From Pocillopora damicornis (lineage: Eukaryota), in NCBI RefSeq assembly GCF_003704095.1, contig NW_020846227.1:186001-250000 (forward strand): a stretch of 64,000 bases of DNA, written 5' to 3'. Shown here piece by piece: positions 41,028-54,575 of the stretch. The translations under genes were made by a program, and so were the position numbers. The notes beneath the pieces are model-generated. The model was not told where the DNA came from and made no database searches. It saw only the letters and a list, made by a program, of their open reading frames with translations. Each line of letters starts with the position of its first letter. The first letter of the stretch is position 1.

Positions 41028-43357
41028 GAGATAATTGTAAGGTATGCGCTGTTTGGTCGTTGCTCGGGGGGATTTTATTTGTAGTCTGATTTCCAGTTAA
41101 ATACAATGCTGCACCTGTTTAAATATTATTTAACTAATACTTTCAGCAAACCAGTTACTTGTTATAAACCGCTCTGCTCACTTTTCACAAGAGATATTTG
41201 GTTAGAATTTTTACGCGTAATTATTTCCTTTTTGCACTTGGCTTTGCAAGAGGAGGGACTGGTACACTATTGACTAAATCCACTGGATGCCCTGACAAAG
41301 TTAAATGACGTTTATTAACTCCTTTGGATTGATAATTTGGATTGGCTATCTTGTAAAGAAATCTCTTAAAACATCAAATGCCTGTTTCCATCAGGAACAT
41401 TCTTTTGGAACCTAAAATTTTTGCGCCAGGAATTTTGATGATACTTCGTTGGACAAGATGATATGGAAAGATAATTAATTAAATATTTCCTGACCTTCGG
41501 TAGCAATATATGTAATATTTAAGGAGATTTAAATAGCATAAGCGAAAGAGAATTTAGTCTTTTATATTGAGATGTTTTAATATCAAATGGTATGAAATGA
41601 ATTTATAGCGATATCGACTTCAATTAATAAATCACGCCTCCACCTCTACTGTCTTCTACTTTCTATGTCTCTGTGTACTAAAACTGTTCGATTGAAAAGG
41701 TGATGTTCTTTTAAATGGAAGCCACTTTCTTTTAGCGTAAAACAATTCTTTTATAGTGCATTGGCTGGTAATACGACACTTATTCAATACTTAGTCTCTT
41801 AATTACAATTTCTACGTTTCTGTTGACGTTTGTGCCACGATGGGAAAAGTAAAGAAGTAAATCTCAATCGCGTTTTGGTAAATCAAGAAAATATATTTTT
41901 GTTCCCTTAGTCCATTTTACCTTTGTGTGCTTATTTTCCAGGCCTTTAACTAGGAGTGAGGCAGAGGGTGACCCTGTTCAGAGACGAGAAACTACAGTCT
42001 AAGCTTAATAACAGAGTAATTTGCGTATGAAAAATAGCAAGGATGGAGTACTAAGAGAATCACCTTTTGCCTCACTTGGCAGGCAAGCAAGCACAAAACT
42101 CTAGAATGATGACTATCCGAAAAATGAGAATTTTAAGAATGTGATGCAATCTTAAAAAAAAATAAAAATTCAGACGTTTTGCATTAGTGCAAGATAAAAC
42201 GTCAAAATTTAGCAGCCACCCGATAAAGGGGCACAACTGGAAAACCTCTGCTATCTAGTAAGTATTCAGAATAATATCATCTATAGTACGGTCAAAAGAT
42301 GACTGGAGAGTGATTCTAGAACGAAAATTTCCACGATTACGAAGTCAGTATCATAAACAACTGCGAAAACATCATGGCTAAAACTTATCGCATACACCTT
42401 GTAAGCGGTGAAAACTTAAGTCAAATAAGCTGCGGTCGCCTGTGAAGGTGTATGGATAAAAACTATGTCTTCTGTTGCTTCTTTTATCCACATGAAGCTG
42501 GAAAATAACTTGAATCACTCCGCACGGAAACTAACTTAGAAATGAGGTTTTTAATGACGATCGGTTTCTGTTATCTAGCTCTATCAATCTAGTCTGTGTA
42601 CTCTCTCTGTTTCGCTTTGTTTTCGATTAGACCTTACAAACGTAATTCAAAACACGTAATCTTGGTACGGAAATACTTGAATCTGTCAGTTAAACAAAAA
42701 AAACAACAAAAACAACAAAAAAAAATTCAATGCTTTGTTTTATCGCACGTGAGGGTTCAAACGATCAAATCAATATCTGACCCTTTGTAAAATGATTCCC
42801 GTCGATTTTGGCCCGCCACAGATCGGAAATGAAGAGGCCGAAAAATCAATGTTGTGGTTGATATGCGACTCTGTACTGCGTCTTTACAACTTGTTTTGTT
42901 TCAACTGATGAATCTTAAAATGTCTTCAAGTCGATTCTTTTCGCATGATGAGAACAATGGTATGTCTTACCGCACTTAAAAATGATGATATGGTGTCTCC
43001 TTTATTTAGTCATCAATCTTATTCAAGCGGGATCTGTTCTTTGTGATAAATCTCTGCTTTGGTAAGTTTTGGTGATCAGTATCACACTGCCGGGCGTATC
43101 TTGAATGAAACATGCCGCTGTACCGTGGGTGTTATTCTTCCATCACTGGCGCCTTTGCGATCGGTTTCTTTTAAGGAGTCGCATGATCTTTGACGTAATT
43201 GTGAGTTTGTGAGTAGTTGAGATAACGTCCGATAATAAAGCTATGATGATATGAGCTTTTGATTATTGAGGGAAAGTTCGTCTCGTTTAAAACAAACTTT
43301 CCTTTTGTGTAATCGGCGCATTAGAAAGCAAGTTAGTCAACAAGTAACTGCATGACA

Positions 43358-43470
43358 TTCGGCTGTTTTCGTTTACTGTTTCGGCTGTTTTCGTAGCTTT
43401 TCGTTTACTGTTTCGGCTGTTTTCGTAGCTTTTCATTTACTGTTTCGGCTGTTTTCATAGCTTTTCGTCA
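43358..43470. repeat. Minisatellite, 32-bp period, about 3.5 copies
   Basis: Unit tttactgtttcggctgttttcgtagcttttcg repeated with 1-2 substitutions. Confidence 0.9.
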
Positions 43471-46400
43471 ACTGAAAGTAATTGGGGATTGCATTGGTGT
43501 TGCTGTACTATGCCCAGTGATTGGTCCAAAAAATCTCGCGCCACCTACTTAGTCTATCACAGCGTTTTCCCGCGCTTATGGTAGTTTGCTCGTTTTTACA
43601 TCGAGATGTTTCCTTTTTCTGATTGGCTGGCGTCATGATTAGTAAGGTATTTCTCATGACAACCAATCAAAATGCGCCCTAAAATTACTGTGTAACCCTG
43701 TTCTAATAAACTTTTTTGAAAAGGCACTAACTCACTAATTCCGTCTTATATGTGGATATATATCTAGGTCGTGTTCTATTTTGGCAGGCGAAATTACCTT
43801 GAACACGAAGGAAAGAAAATGTTCATCAACGAACAAAGCAAAAGAAGAAAAGAAAGTGGAAAGATCGCTGCAGGATTTCAAATTTTTTAACTGAGAAAAT
43901 TTTTGTCATTTCCACCAACTTTGTTCGTAATTACCAAGGTTAAAAAATTATGGTTAATAGTACGAATTAAAAAATTCCGAGCACTTAAGTGTTATTTATT
44001 TTTGGTTCAAGTTCAAGAGTTGATATTGTAATAAAAAGATTAACGGGAAAAAATAACTCATGCTGTGCGGAATCTTTCAAGCAAAAGAAAGAGCATGTAT
44101 GGGAAAATCAAATACTAAACCAACAGTTTAAACACATAGATTTATCTCTTTCTGTGTAGTTCTCTTTTTTTATATATGTGTATTACAATTATTTTGCCTA
44201 TTTTTTGTCGTATTAGTATTGTTTTGGTTCGAAATACCTCTTGTGCTTCCGTGATATTTTATTCAAATAGATAACGAATCTGTTTAGCGTAAATCTTAGC
44301 TCGTAATTCGATAACGTAAATGTGGAATTCAAATTGTGGCTTTGGCAACTGAAGATGACATGAGTAACGTCGGCGCATGTTTTGTTAACTAAAAAAATAT
44401 TGTTTGCTTTGTGCGAGTACATAGCTGTTTAGAACTATCATTGCTTTGTTCTTTTTTATGTTGTCGAAACTTTGCGTGATCGTTTGAATAGAAATATTTT
44501 ACAGTGTAATTTTACAAATGTAGGAACTAATTTTTAAACAGAGAAGACCGCACGAACACTTAATAATACATCGATTGTCGGTACGTTTTTAAAAAAAAGT
44601 TGGCCGGACATGCGCTCTTCTTTGGACGCTGTTCTTAGAAATATAGGCTTCTTGAAGTAAAGTGTTTGTAGTAGATTTATATATATCATGTGCTCAAGGC
44701 TTTTGTTATGATAATATGTGAACAATTTTGCTAATTCTAACAAACGAGTTTGTCTAGCTATTTTAGTTCTGGGCCAATATTTGATTCCTAAGTACAACAG
44801 CTTCATCTATCAATTTTTATCTCAAAATGTGAGTGTATTTTAAAAAAATCATCTTATATCCTTATTGTTAGGAGAAACTCAAAGTATGTCGAACTAGTAG
44901 AATGATATTGAAAAGGAATGCGTGTAATTTCAAGTGAGAAGAACGTATTTAATGACGTGATGGTGAAAGCTGTATGTCATTCCTAGACGTGGGGCATGAA
45001 GCCTAATTTTCAGAAGGTCGCCATTTGCAGACTGCTGTCTGAATCTTTGAGTCCATGTCCCATTTTGGCCCATCCTCATTATTTTGCTACATTTTTATCA
45101 CACTAGGCAAATATTTTTAGGTTTCTTTCGCGGTGGAAGTGAGGTTGCTGGTCGTAGAAAAAGCTTTTTTTTAATATATCGTGACTCAGATCCTCTAAAA
45201 CCAATTAACTAGTCGAGGTCTTACTGTCACTTTTTGAATCCAGTTGTCCGATCTAGTTTCATATCAGTAAACGTTTCCAAAATTTGTTCATGCTGTGTAA
45301 ATATGGTCATTCTTTTTTCAATTGAATATGTGAACTTCGGCAAAAATCTTATCCCCTTAGATTTAGCTGGGCTTTTATTTGTTTATCTTTCATCAACACC
45401 AGACATGCTGTCTGGAGCATAAAACCACTGTGACACAAGGTAAGATTTCTGTGACCAATGCTTCCGTTTATTAATAAAAACCTTCACCCTCCTTATTCGT
45501 GTCAGAGCAATCTTTTCGCTGATTGAGAAGTGCCCAAGGGAGCAAATAAAGCAAATAAAGCAAATTTGACTGAATTTAAGATCAACGACCCAAGGGGTTT
45601 TTAATTTAAGTTCTTGGGTACTTCTCCAGCTCGGAAATCTTTGATCCCCCTCTCATGGAAGACGTTAAAGACAAAGCGATGAGTGAAACTACGCAGCAGT
45701 GTTTATCTCTTTCTTGGTGGGCCCTTGTGCCATGAAAATTAGAGGTATTAGCGACTCCTTAGACACGCAAACCTTTTTTTTCTTGGTCCCTGTAAAACTA
45801 TCATCAAAAGTCTATTGGCGCACTTCAAACTAGCCGGCGAAAGTGTGACAAAACGAATCAGCAACCACTAGTTCAAACTCGCCATCAGCTTATGTTTGTC
45901 TTACTAAGAAAGCATATAACCTCTTTCGTGACAAAAAAAAGGTAAAAGAAGGAAACCGCAAGCAGTATCTAAACAGCTACAAGACATTTTGTAATAGTAA
46001 ATGCGAGCAATCGCATTAAAGATAGCAGCAGCATTTAGATAAATAAATTGGATTATACTTTTGTAACGATGCGTCCTCTCCGCTCTCTAAGTTTCGAGGA
46101 TGAGTTGGAATTTAGGGGGTTGGTTTGCTGTTAACACAACCGACTTAAATTAGGAATCATTCCAACACCTCACTAAAATAGCGGTAGTATTAAATATATT
46201 TGTATGTTTGTTGTTTGAAGCAAATCCTTACCCAGAAACAGGCAAAAAATGTAGAGCAAAGAGACCGAAAAATACAAATATATCTTGGTATATTGATGTT
46301 TGTGTAAAACTACCGCGAGCACACACTATCAAATTCCAGGTCATTTTCATATCGAACAAAAACATGATCTAATAGATTACGTTTATGTACAATATAATAT

Positions 46401-47724
46401 TATGCTACGACTTCTCTTTATTCGAATATCAGATGAAGTCTTTGTGCAGAATATTGTGCCCAACGTTTCGCGTTAAAAGGCCATTCATTAAATTCTTGAT
46501 AGCGTTGGCAGAGATTTTGATGAACAAATCTGTTGCCATCAGCATGACTTGATAAACTAATTACCCTAATGAAATAGGAAACGGGAAAATCGGCTTTCAA
46601 AAGAAACATTAAAAAAACCAAGGTTAAACCTACGTCCCAGAGGTCCCAGAACAATTACATTTCATTCAATTTGACAACAATGATGAGTGCAAGCTGCTAG
46701 TAGTATCTTTTCGTCAGGGGACTGGAAAAATCAACTCAATCGCGAGCCAAACTGGTTTTAAAATTAGGAACCAGGAAAACTTTAAACAAAGCATTTTTTG
46801 TTCGCTGTAGGAAACAGCTTTGACAGGAAGCTCTAGTCTTCACGCTGAGGTATCAAGTGTTCGAAACAAAACGCGAAAGTCACAGGAAATTTCACTTTCG
46901 TTGTGGCTTCAGTCGATAGTTTGATAGTATGGCTTCCTTCCTCTATCCCCTTTCGCAGTTTCAAGCATTTTCTTCCAAGATTGTTTTTTCCTTGTCAACG
47001 AGGCGCTAATGAAAAGGCGTTTCAATGACTCGATTTTTTCGTTAGAACGAAACAGGATAAAATTTCATGGCCTCACGGCCGCTCTCAAAGATAACAAAAT
47101 TGAGCCGATATTGCTTCGCGTTATTTTCGTTGTTTAGCTTTCACGGGTGACCGACCTTTCACGACAACAAAAACAATCATGAAACAAAACAGACACCTTT
47201 TTTTGTTTTGCATTTCTACTAACCTTTCTACTAAACCCTAACGAGTTCTTCATTTTGGGTAACGAAACTCCGCCTTAAGATAATTTTTCAATTAAAATTT
47301 ACTTTTGGTCAACATTTCACCAAATGTGTTAATTACCTTTAATAGGAAATTGGGCAACAAATGGAAATATTTCCACTAAACGTGATGGAATGGCCATTTG
47401 ACTTACATTTGGCATCCATTTGTTTAAAAAAGATCTCTTATCGTACAAGTATGAAAACAATATTTACACATTACCGAATTCTCTAATGTTTCTCTGATTC
47501 ATTGCATACTTTGCAAGAGTCTTTCACTCGCTTTGAGCTTAAGATATCTTCTTGCCACGATGTTGCTGGATAGCAAAAATCTGCGTGACTGACTTCAATC
47601 GGCGTACGGTTCGCTGCCAAGCTAAATTGATTCCGCTCGCAGAATAAGAACGCAATACCATCTCCAAAACAAGCAAAGCAACATAGTGGCTGCTTCAGCC
47701 AAAACAACAATAATAACAAACGCA

Positions 47725-48243
47725 TCAGCAGCTATGCTGCAGGGAGTCTTTGTCTAACGGGGGCATGTTGTATAGCAAAGTCGCCCTCAATAAAAGTTTT
47801 AAAATAAGTTCATCGTCCGTAACTTCCACGGGGAATTTTCCTTCTTTATCTTCAGCCCTGACATTCGCACCGTTCCTTAAGAGATACCGGCAGATTGCTT
47901 CGTAACCTTCGCTGGCCGCGTAATGCAGAGCGGTCCAACCGAATCTATCCTTCTTGTTAACGTCTGCTCCTAATTCGACCAGCATTTTAGCGCTCTCCAA
48001 ATTTCCGTCTAAAACGCACTGATTGAGTGCCGTGAGTCCTGAAGTAGTTATTTCATTTATCTCGCAACATGTAATTTGTTTTCTCAATCGCTTCTTTAAA
48101 GCTTCTCTTTCCTTTGGCTGTCTTATAGCGGCGATTTGGACTTGCAACATCATATCAATAGGGACTCGCCGGCTGTTTCTCTTTCGTTTTTTCTGCGCTG
48201 GAGATCCTTCGGGCGAAGTTGTATTAGTTACCAAATCCTGCAT
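47725..48243 (-). CDS. Small intronless ankyrin-repeat protein, PPP1R27/MYPT-like
   Basis: 172 aa: SGLTALNQCVLDGNLESAKMLVELGADVNKKDRFGWTALHYAASEGYEAICRYLLRNGA..DKEGKFP, two full ankyrin repeats in the PPP1R27/PPP1R12/PPP1R16 pattern; KKRKR basic patch. Confidence 0.85.
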   Translation of the reverse strand: MQDLVTNTTSPEGSPAQKKRKRNSRRVPIDMMLQVQIAAIRQPKEREALKKRLRKQITCCEINEITTSGLTALNQCVLDGNLESAKMLVELGADVNKKDRFGWTALHYAASEGYEAICRYLLRNGANVRAEDKEGKFPVEVTDDELILKLLLRATLLYNMPPLDKDSLQHSC

Positions 48244-50466
48244 GGTGCTTCGACAATGTGTGCCTTTGAAAATTCAAAGCTTCCTCAACGCCTGTCTCTT
48301 AAAAGCACCTTCGACTTCTAGGCACTTAAATGCCGAACGTGTTTGGAATCGGCTCTTTATACAACTGAGAAGGCGCCCATAAGTGACGCCTACAAAAGAT
48401 CAATTACACACGTCACGTAGGCAACAAATGGCCGTGAGTGATATTACGTCAGTGGATTAGCATTGCAAAACGCGCGAAGGCACGAGATTAAGGGAGAGGT
48501 TCGTTTGGTCGCGTTTTAACTCTTTAGGAGTAAACCACTAATGTACCCTAAATTTTGTCTTTTTAGGAACTAGAGAGAAAGAACTTACGCGATATCAAAC
48601 TGACGTTTTGATAAAAAATCCTTCAATTCGATATTTCCTTCATGCCTATTTCGGTTCCGAAAGGCGTTACTTAGCCGTCGGACATGGCCATTTTTTTTTG
48701 TCAGATATTTTAAGAAACAGAAGTGGTTTCCCTTCTTTGCCGCTGGCGAAATTACGTGCCAAAAAAGACCACTGCTTGCTAAAATTAATATTTTAATTAA
48801 TGACTAAGGTAGTACATGTAGGTCGTGATCTCTCTCGAATAATCGCGAAAATATTGGACCTCGTGAAAATTTCTTTACCAAATTAATTTATGCACATTGG
48901 GCACATACTGGGTTAAAAGTTACAGAGAGGAACTGTTAAACTCCAGAATTCTTCCCTTCCTTTTAAAGAAAGCTTAAAACGGACTGCCTTCGTATTTAGC
49001 TTTCCTCAAATCGAGTGAAATTTGAGCAAGAATGCTTGTGCGCTCGTCCGAATCCTTTGGGATATATTGGACCATCTTTGAAAATTTCGTTTAGCTTGCA
49101 AATTTATGCAAACTCAATTGGTATCTCTCTTTAGGGTCAAACGGTTGTTAAATTTTGGATTAATTTCGGAAATTTTTCATGTCTTTTTATAAAGCAGTGT
49201 CTTCCCAGTTTTTTAAAATTTTCCTAGTCTGCTATAATCTGGAAGTAAAAAAACTAAAGAAAAGAGATTGAAATAAGCGAGCACGTTACTTTCCTCTTCT
49301 GGAATCGCGACTGCCGGATTACTTTCTGGGAACTTTCACACTGGCTGTCACCTACTGGCGCAGCTTGCGTGAGTTCTCACGGTTATGCTTGTCGCGCGGA
49401 CCTCCTCCCATTTGTTCCGGCCTTGGCATCGATGAAGAGAATATTTTCTTTCCGGTAATTTCCTGCTGTTTTGTTTTATCAAATAGCTTCCGGGCTTTTG
49501 GCGGCAAGCAGCAAACAAACAATAAATCAGTCACCGAAACAGCGTGAGAAACAAATGGCAAAGTCGAGGGTTTTTTTAACTTCACAAACGGCTAAAATTA
49601 ACAACCGAGAAATGTCAAGAAACGAATTGTAAAATATGGTGTGGGTTCGTTACATCTTGCTCAGTCACGCTCAAAAATTTCATTCTCAAACTCACTGGAA
49701 GAAGGGTCGAAAACATATTTAGCAGCACAAGTCAGCATTCCAGCTATGAGAGCTGAGCAATGGAAAGTTTTACGAAACGTTTTCTATGGCTCCTGCTGAT
49801 CAAGAAAATTATTTTAGCCCTGCCCCACGCGGTTGCATGGGAATTCTGCTGTAAAGTTCCCTTTTTTCCACAACTGGGGTTCTGTTATTCAATCCTACTT
49901 TGCTGCAGCAAACAAAGGCTCTCTTTTCAGGTTAGATAGGTTATCAGGTTGTAAAATCATTTCGTGCGTGCTTGTAAACAAAGCTCTTAAGAGTTGTCCT
50001 TTTAACATCAAGCCAATCTTAGCGGATTAGCTTTTAGAAACTCCGCCAGGGTATAGCTCAAGTACTTCTGGAGACGAGACAGAACTTGTCACATGGAAAA
50101 ATCTCTCTACTGGGTCATAAACTCTGAAAAAAAAAACAAAAAAAAAAAAACCTCAAACCAGGAGACTACGCGGAAACTAAAGGATGAAGCGGTCGAGGCA
50201 GAGGAAACAAGCAATGAATTTACCATCTGAGAAAACTGCAATTTTTTTGAAGGCTTGATTGTCAAAGTTAGCGGTTTTTGGTTTCTATGATTAGACGTTA
50301 TACTATAAATATCAATATTTTAAAAGCCGGTCTGATATTCCTTACTGAAAGCGTGGGAGACACTGAAATACCGCCGTCTGTGAGTTCCACGAATTTTTAA
50401 TTTATCTTGGTCTATTCCGATATATCTGATAATTGACATAGATATTTGAACTGCAAATTTACGTTA

Positions 50467-51085
50467 TTAACCTCACTAACTCCCAAGAGTGACAAGGACA
50501 GAATGTCTCCTTACAGTGATATCAATACGATATCAAGCAGACAAGTGAAGAGAATAAAGAAAAATCTAAAGTAGGGGATAATTAGTTGATCAAATACCAA
50601 ATTCTTCAAACTAACTTTATGAGAGTTATATGAAAGACATTAAGGAGAATTACTGCTTACTCCCTAAGGGGCACCAATATTTTATCACTTCCTAAGCCGT
50701 TTACAACCACATATGGTCTAAATTCTGTTATCTATTCATCTGTTAAGTACTGGAACTCCCACCCTGACCACTTTAGAAAGACTGTAGATTATAGTGAATT
50801 TAAGCGCAAACTGTTAGTGCACGGTTTCTGTTAATATTACATTAATATTACATTATATTGTTATATTAATGATTATTATATTAATGATTATTATATTATT
50901 ATATTATTATATTATTATATTATTATATTATGAATTATTTTTTTCTCTTTTTAGCCTTGTTCTTGCTGTAACTTTTAAAATTAGTAATTAGGATCGGAGA
51001 TACTAGCTTGTAAGCTACACTGAAATCCGAGGATAAATAAAGCTTATGTATGTATGTATGTTACTAATGAGATCTTGGGAGTGAA
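50467..51085 (-). mobile_element. piggyBac-type MITE, family A, split by a LINE fragment
   Basis: ttaacctcactaactcccaagagtgacaaggacag..taaggagaattact [insert] ttactaatgagatcttgggagtgaaa. Confidence 0.8.
50655..51060 (+). mobile_element. 5'-truncated L2/CR1-clade LINE (ORF2 C-terminus, 3'UTR, (TATG)n tail)
   Basis: Translates YSLRGTNILSLPKPFTTTYGLNSVIYSSVKYWNSHPDHFRKTVDYSEFKRKLL*, the typical L2/CR1 ORF2 end; 3' hairpin tagcttgtaagcta, AATAAA, (tatg)4; TTACT duplicated at 50650-50654 and 51061-51065. Confidence 0.85.
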
Positions 51086-52667
51086 ACTTGAAAAGAGAAG
51101 ACTCGTGTACGTTGGTGCAACTCAGAAAAACGATTACAGGTCGAATTTCTGTTGCGAGCTTGTAAATAATTTTTAATGATAGGTAGTTGTTACTCTTAAT
51201 TCAAGTTTGCCTAATGTAAGCATCTCGATATCCCTCTTTAGTCGTCATCGTCAGAGCATGATGAATATTGGCCAATAATAGCATTTGTTTCCCATAATTC
51301 AACACCAGTCAGCCTGATTGAATTTAGCGAAAGGGGTCTGGATACTGATGATAAAGTTTTGCGACAAAATTATTCGAAGATGGCGGGATAGAACATCAGG
51401 CTCAGCACGTGACCGAGACCCCTGCTTGAACCAGGCGCCATTATCATGTTACGTAAGTAAATGCGGCAGACACTCGCTAACTGAGGTTTGTTTTAGCTCC
51501 AAACACCTTGCCATTGATGCGCCGTACCAGTTTTGTAAGCTTCGGAACGGCGTCAGACCTGCATTCCGATCATTTTAGCTTCGGTGTTCAATAATTGTTT
51601 TGAGGGGCGTACCGGAAAAAGCGCATTAGCACTACACTTGTCACCTGGTGCACATGTGTCTCAGCCCAACCCAAGCTCGATTTTCATTTCCGATGGAAGG
51701 AAAATCAGCGAGTCGAATCCCTGTGAAGGAATCAGATATATTCTTCGTTGGTCACTCCTGGTTATGTGTCGCAACACTCTCTTGGTCTTTGCACAGATGC
51801 GATTATAACTATTTGGCAACGCAAACAAAAAAATAATGGTTCTTAAATCAGAAATAACATTTTTTAAAATGAAATCACTCTCTGGAGTGGACTCACGTGT
51901 TTACTTTCATAGTCAAAACACGTGAACCCGATAAACACTTTTGTAAAAAGGTCACTTTAAGTAAATCATTGAAATTGCTTCACGCGAAGATTTTGTGGTT
52001 ATAGGAACGAAAACTGCATCAGAGCAAGGTAAATGAGAATCTTCTTGTTTTAAATTTAAATTTGTTAAATATTTTCATGACGTCCCACCTTGAAGTTTAG
52101 AAATATCGATTTGTTTGAAGCACCGAGAGAATTTTTTGCCGGTCCGTGTTGCAGGTAGCGCAGTTTGAAATTGGAGTTTTCCCAAAATCTGAATCAACAG
52201 TTTTGCTCTTAATCTTGATTGACAATGGCAATAGACTGAGTTGACTCCCGATAGCACGAACCTTCGAGGGAAATTGAAAAAGGCTCGAGGTATTGAAGGT
52301 TGACAGTAAATGGCGGCCAGTAACGGCAGCGCGTGTAGTATTCTTTTCTGTGCTCGGTTCATTTTGATCACATTTTATTTCAGTATGCAGAAGTTGGCTG
52401 AATAAGGAACGTTTTGACTAAGGAATGAGGCACTGAAGCCGATTTCATGGAAATAAAATGAACTGAAGTTAAGCGTATCTTCAGTAAACCAGCGAAACCT
52501 GAACTAAAGTGGTAGTCAAATCCGTGACTTTTTTATAAAGTCACTGTTTTGGACTACAGTACAGTTTATTTTGAACATAAAACTGAGTAGAAAATCACCC
52601 CAAGGAACTGAAGCGGAAATCGCTTCGAGTTGACTCCCGATAGCACGAATATAGTCACGAATATAGT

Positions 52668-52954
52668 CGAGGGTGCCCATGATATCGGGTCGACTGTCAA
52701 TAGAATAGAAACTTGTCAAATGACCTGATCAGATTAAGTTGCTGTCTGAAATGAAATAAATTCGAGTCAGCAGGAAGCTCGAGTTTCTGAAGGGCAAAAA
52801 AATTGAAGAACTTGAACGGGAAATCAATTTTCAAGTAAACGCGCGGTTCAGTGGTGTTAGCGAGGGTGCCCATGATATCGGGTCGACTATCAATAGAATA
52901 GAAACTTGTCAAATGACCTGATCAGATTAAGTTGCTGTCTGAAATGAAATAAAT
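52668..52954. repeat. 94-bp direct duplication (52668-52761 and 52861-52954)
   Basis: The two copies differ at one visible base; 193-bp offset. Confidence 0.9.
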
Positions 52955-53789
52955 AGCCGAAATTTTTTTAGAGCTCTCACCAAGACTCAAACCACAGACC
53001 CGAAGACGAGGGATAGGCATAACTTGAGTGAGAGCTGGACTGGCTCTGAACGTTGGATACTCTTCCCTAAATTTTAAAGAAAACTATATTCGATTCCTTA
53101 CTTCCCCTCTCTCTTCCCCTAAAATACAGCAACACCTGCTATAGTGACAAAAGTGCAGCAATAGAGAGGAACAAAGTTGTCAGGGTCCTATCAAGGTTTC
53201 AACCTATTTTTCTTACTGTAGGGGAAACTTTAGAAATGTTCTATCAAATACGTGCGAGGTTTCTCTCAAGTAAAGACAATAGTAGGTATTCAAAGTGACC
53301 CAGTAGAAACGTGTCACTGGTGTTCTTGCGTCTCCTGACCTCGAATCACAAAGGCCACCAATCGACCCGTTTACTTAGGACCGATCCCGTGATATTAGCT
53401 GACAAAAGAAGCGGCTGGCGACTTTCTTGAAGCAAACGGTGTTTTGTAAGTAGGCCTCGTTTTGCCTTTGAAAATAACTTCTTGTATATATATTTTTCAA
53501 GAGCTTTACTTGGTAAGCTGAAAATATAACGCTTAAGTTTCCTGTTTCATGAAAGGGAAACTATAACGATTATCAGTTATTTTGATGTCTCCCTCGAAGT
53601 CTATAAATAGCGATTCGCTTAAAAGACCGAAGGAAGTTTATCAGCGCAATAAGCGACGTTAAATTACAGTTTTCTCGAAATTTGATTCATCGGTTCTTCT
53701 CGGTGAACTGAGACAATGAACAGGAAAGAACTTGTACTGCTGATGTGATTAAATTCTGATTTACAATCATAAACAAATGAAGAAAATAC

Positions 53790-54575
53790 TTCAATGCTTC
53801 ATGGATCATACTTATAGGGATAATTGTGTCTTTTCCTTTTCAAATGCAAAATTTTTTTGTATAAAAACTTAATCTGGATCACCTGGTTTATTTTCTCAAT
53901 TATCACCGTCAGAAGGTAAAAAATTAATTTAAAGAGTTATTTCAGGGAGAGTATAACTTCTATAATTCAATTCTGTAAAACATTTATATACAGCGGCCCT
54001 CCTCTGTCTCTGTGTTGACTACCGTCTAAATGCTGATTTTTAAAGTTGACTTGGACCCTGCTACATGTAATCAAAAGATTGAAAGATTCTAAGCATGTCG
54101 AATATTAGCCATTTGACTCAAACAGGCTCCAATGGGAATCTGGTCAAATGAAATCAATGAGAGCTCTACTACGGATGTTATCTGTTTGTGAGTTAACCCG
54201 TGCGCAAATAAGAATGAGACTTCTACACTTCATAAAACTAACTTTTGGGTATAATATTGTGTGCCTTTCCTTTCCAAATCCTAAATTTCTTGTTTGAAAA
54301 AAAACAACTTTGGATGGAGTATATAATGATCTACAATTTGGTTCTGCACAAAATATTTTGACAACCCATTTTTCTGCCTTTGTGTGCTATTCAAAGTTGA
54401 CTACTGCCGGTCAAGAGGGAGAATACTGGGGCAAGCTGCCTTAATTTAACTAAACTCTGCTGCTTATCATGATCTTGAGAGTTAAAGATTCTTATTAAGG
54501 ATCCCTATTATTAGCCATTGCACTCAAACGGGCTTCAATGTGTGTCTGGTCAAATGAAATCAGTGAAAGCTTTAG
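53790..54575. repeat. Old diverged tandem duplication, period about 400-430 bp
   Basis: attagccatttgactcaaacaggctccaatg..tctggtcaaatgaaatca (about 54104-54160) versus attagccattgcactcaaacgggcttcaatg..tctggtcaaatgaaatca (about 54510-54570); upstream blocks near 53800 and 54230 also align. Confidence 0.75.

Noticed and set aside
43358-43470. CRISPR-like 32-bp periodicity
   Set aside because: Contiguous tandem units with no unique spacers, in a eukaryotic context with no cas genes.
52516-52912. Two ORFs with the same N-terminus MTSFYSIDSRPDIMGTL
   Set aside because: Products of the 94-bp DNA duplication with TTG starts; no coding signal.
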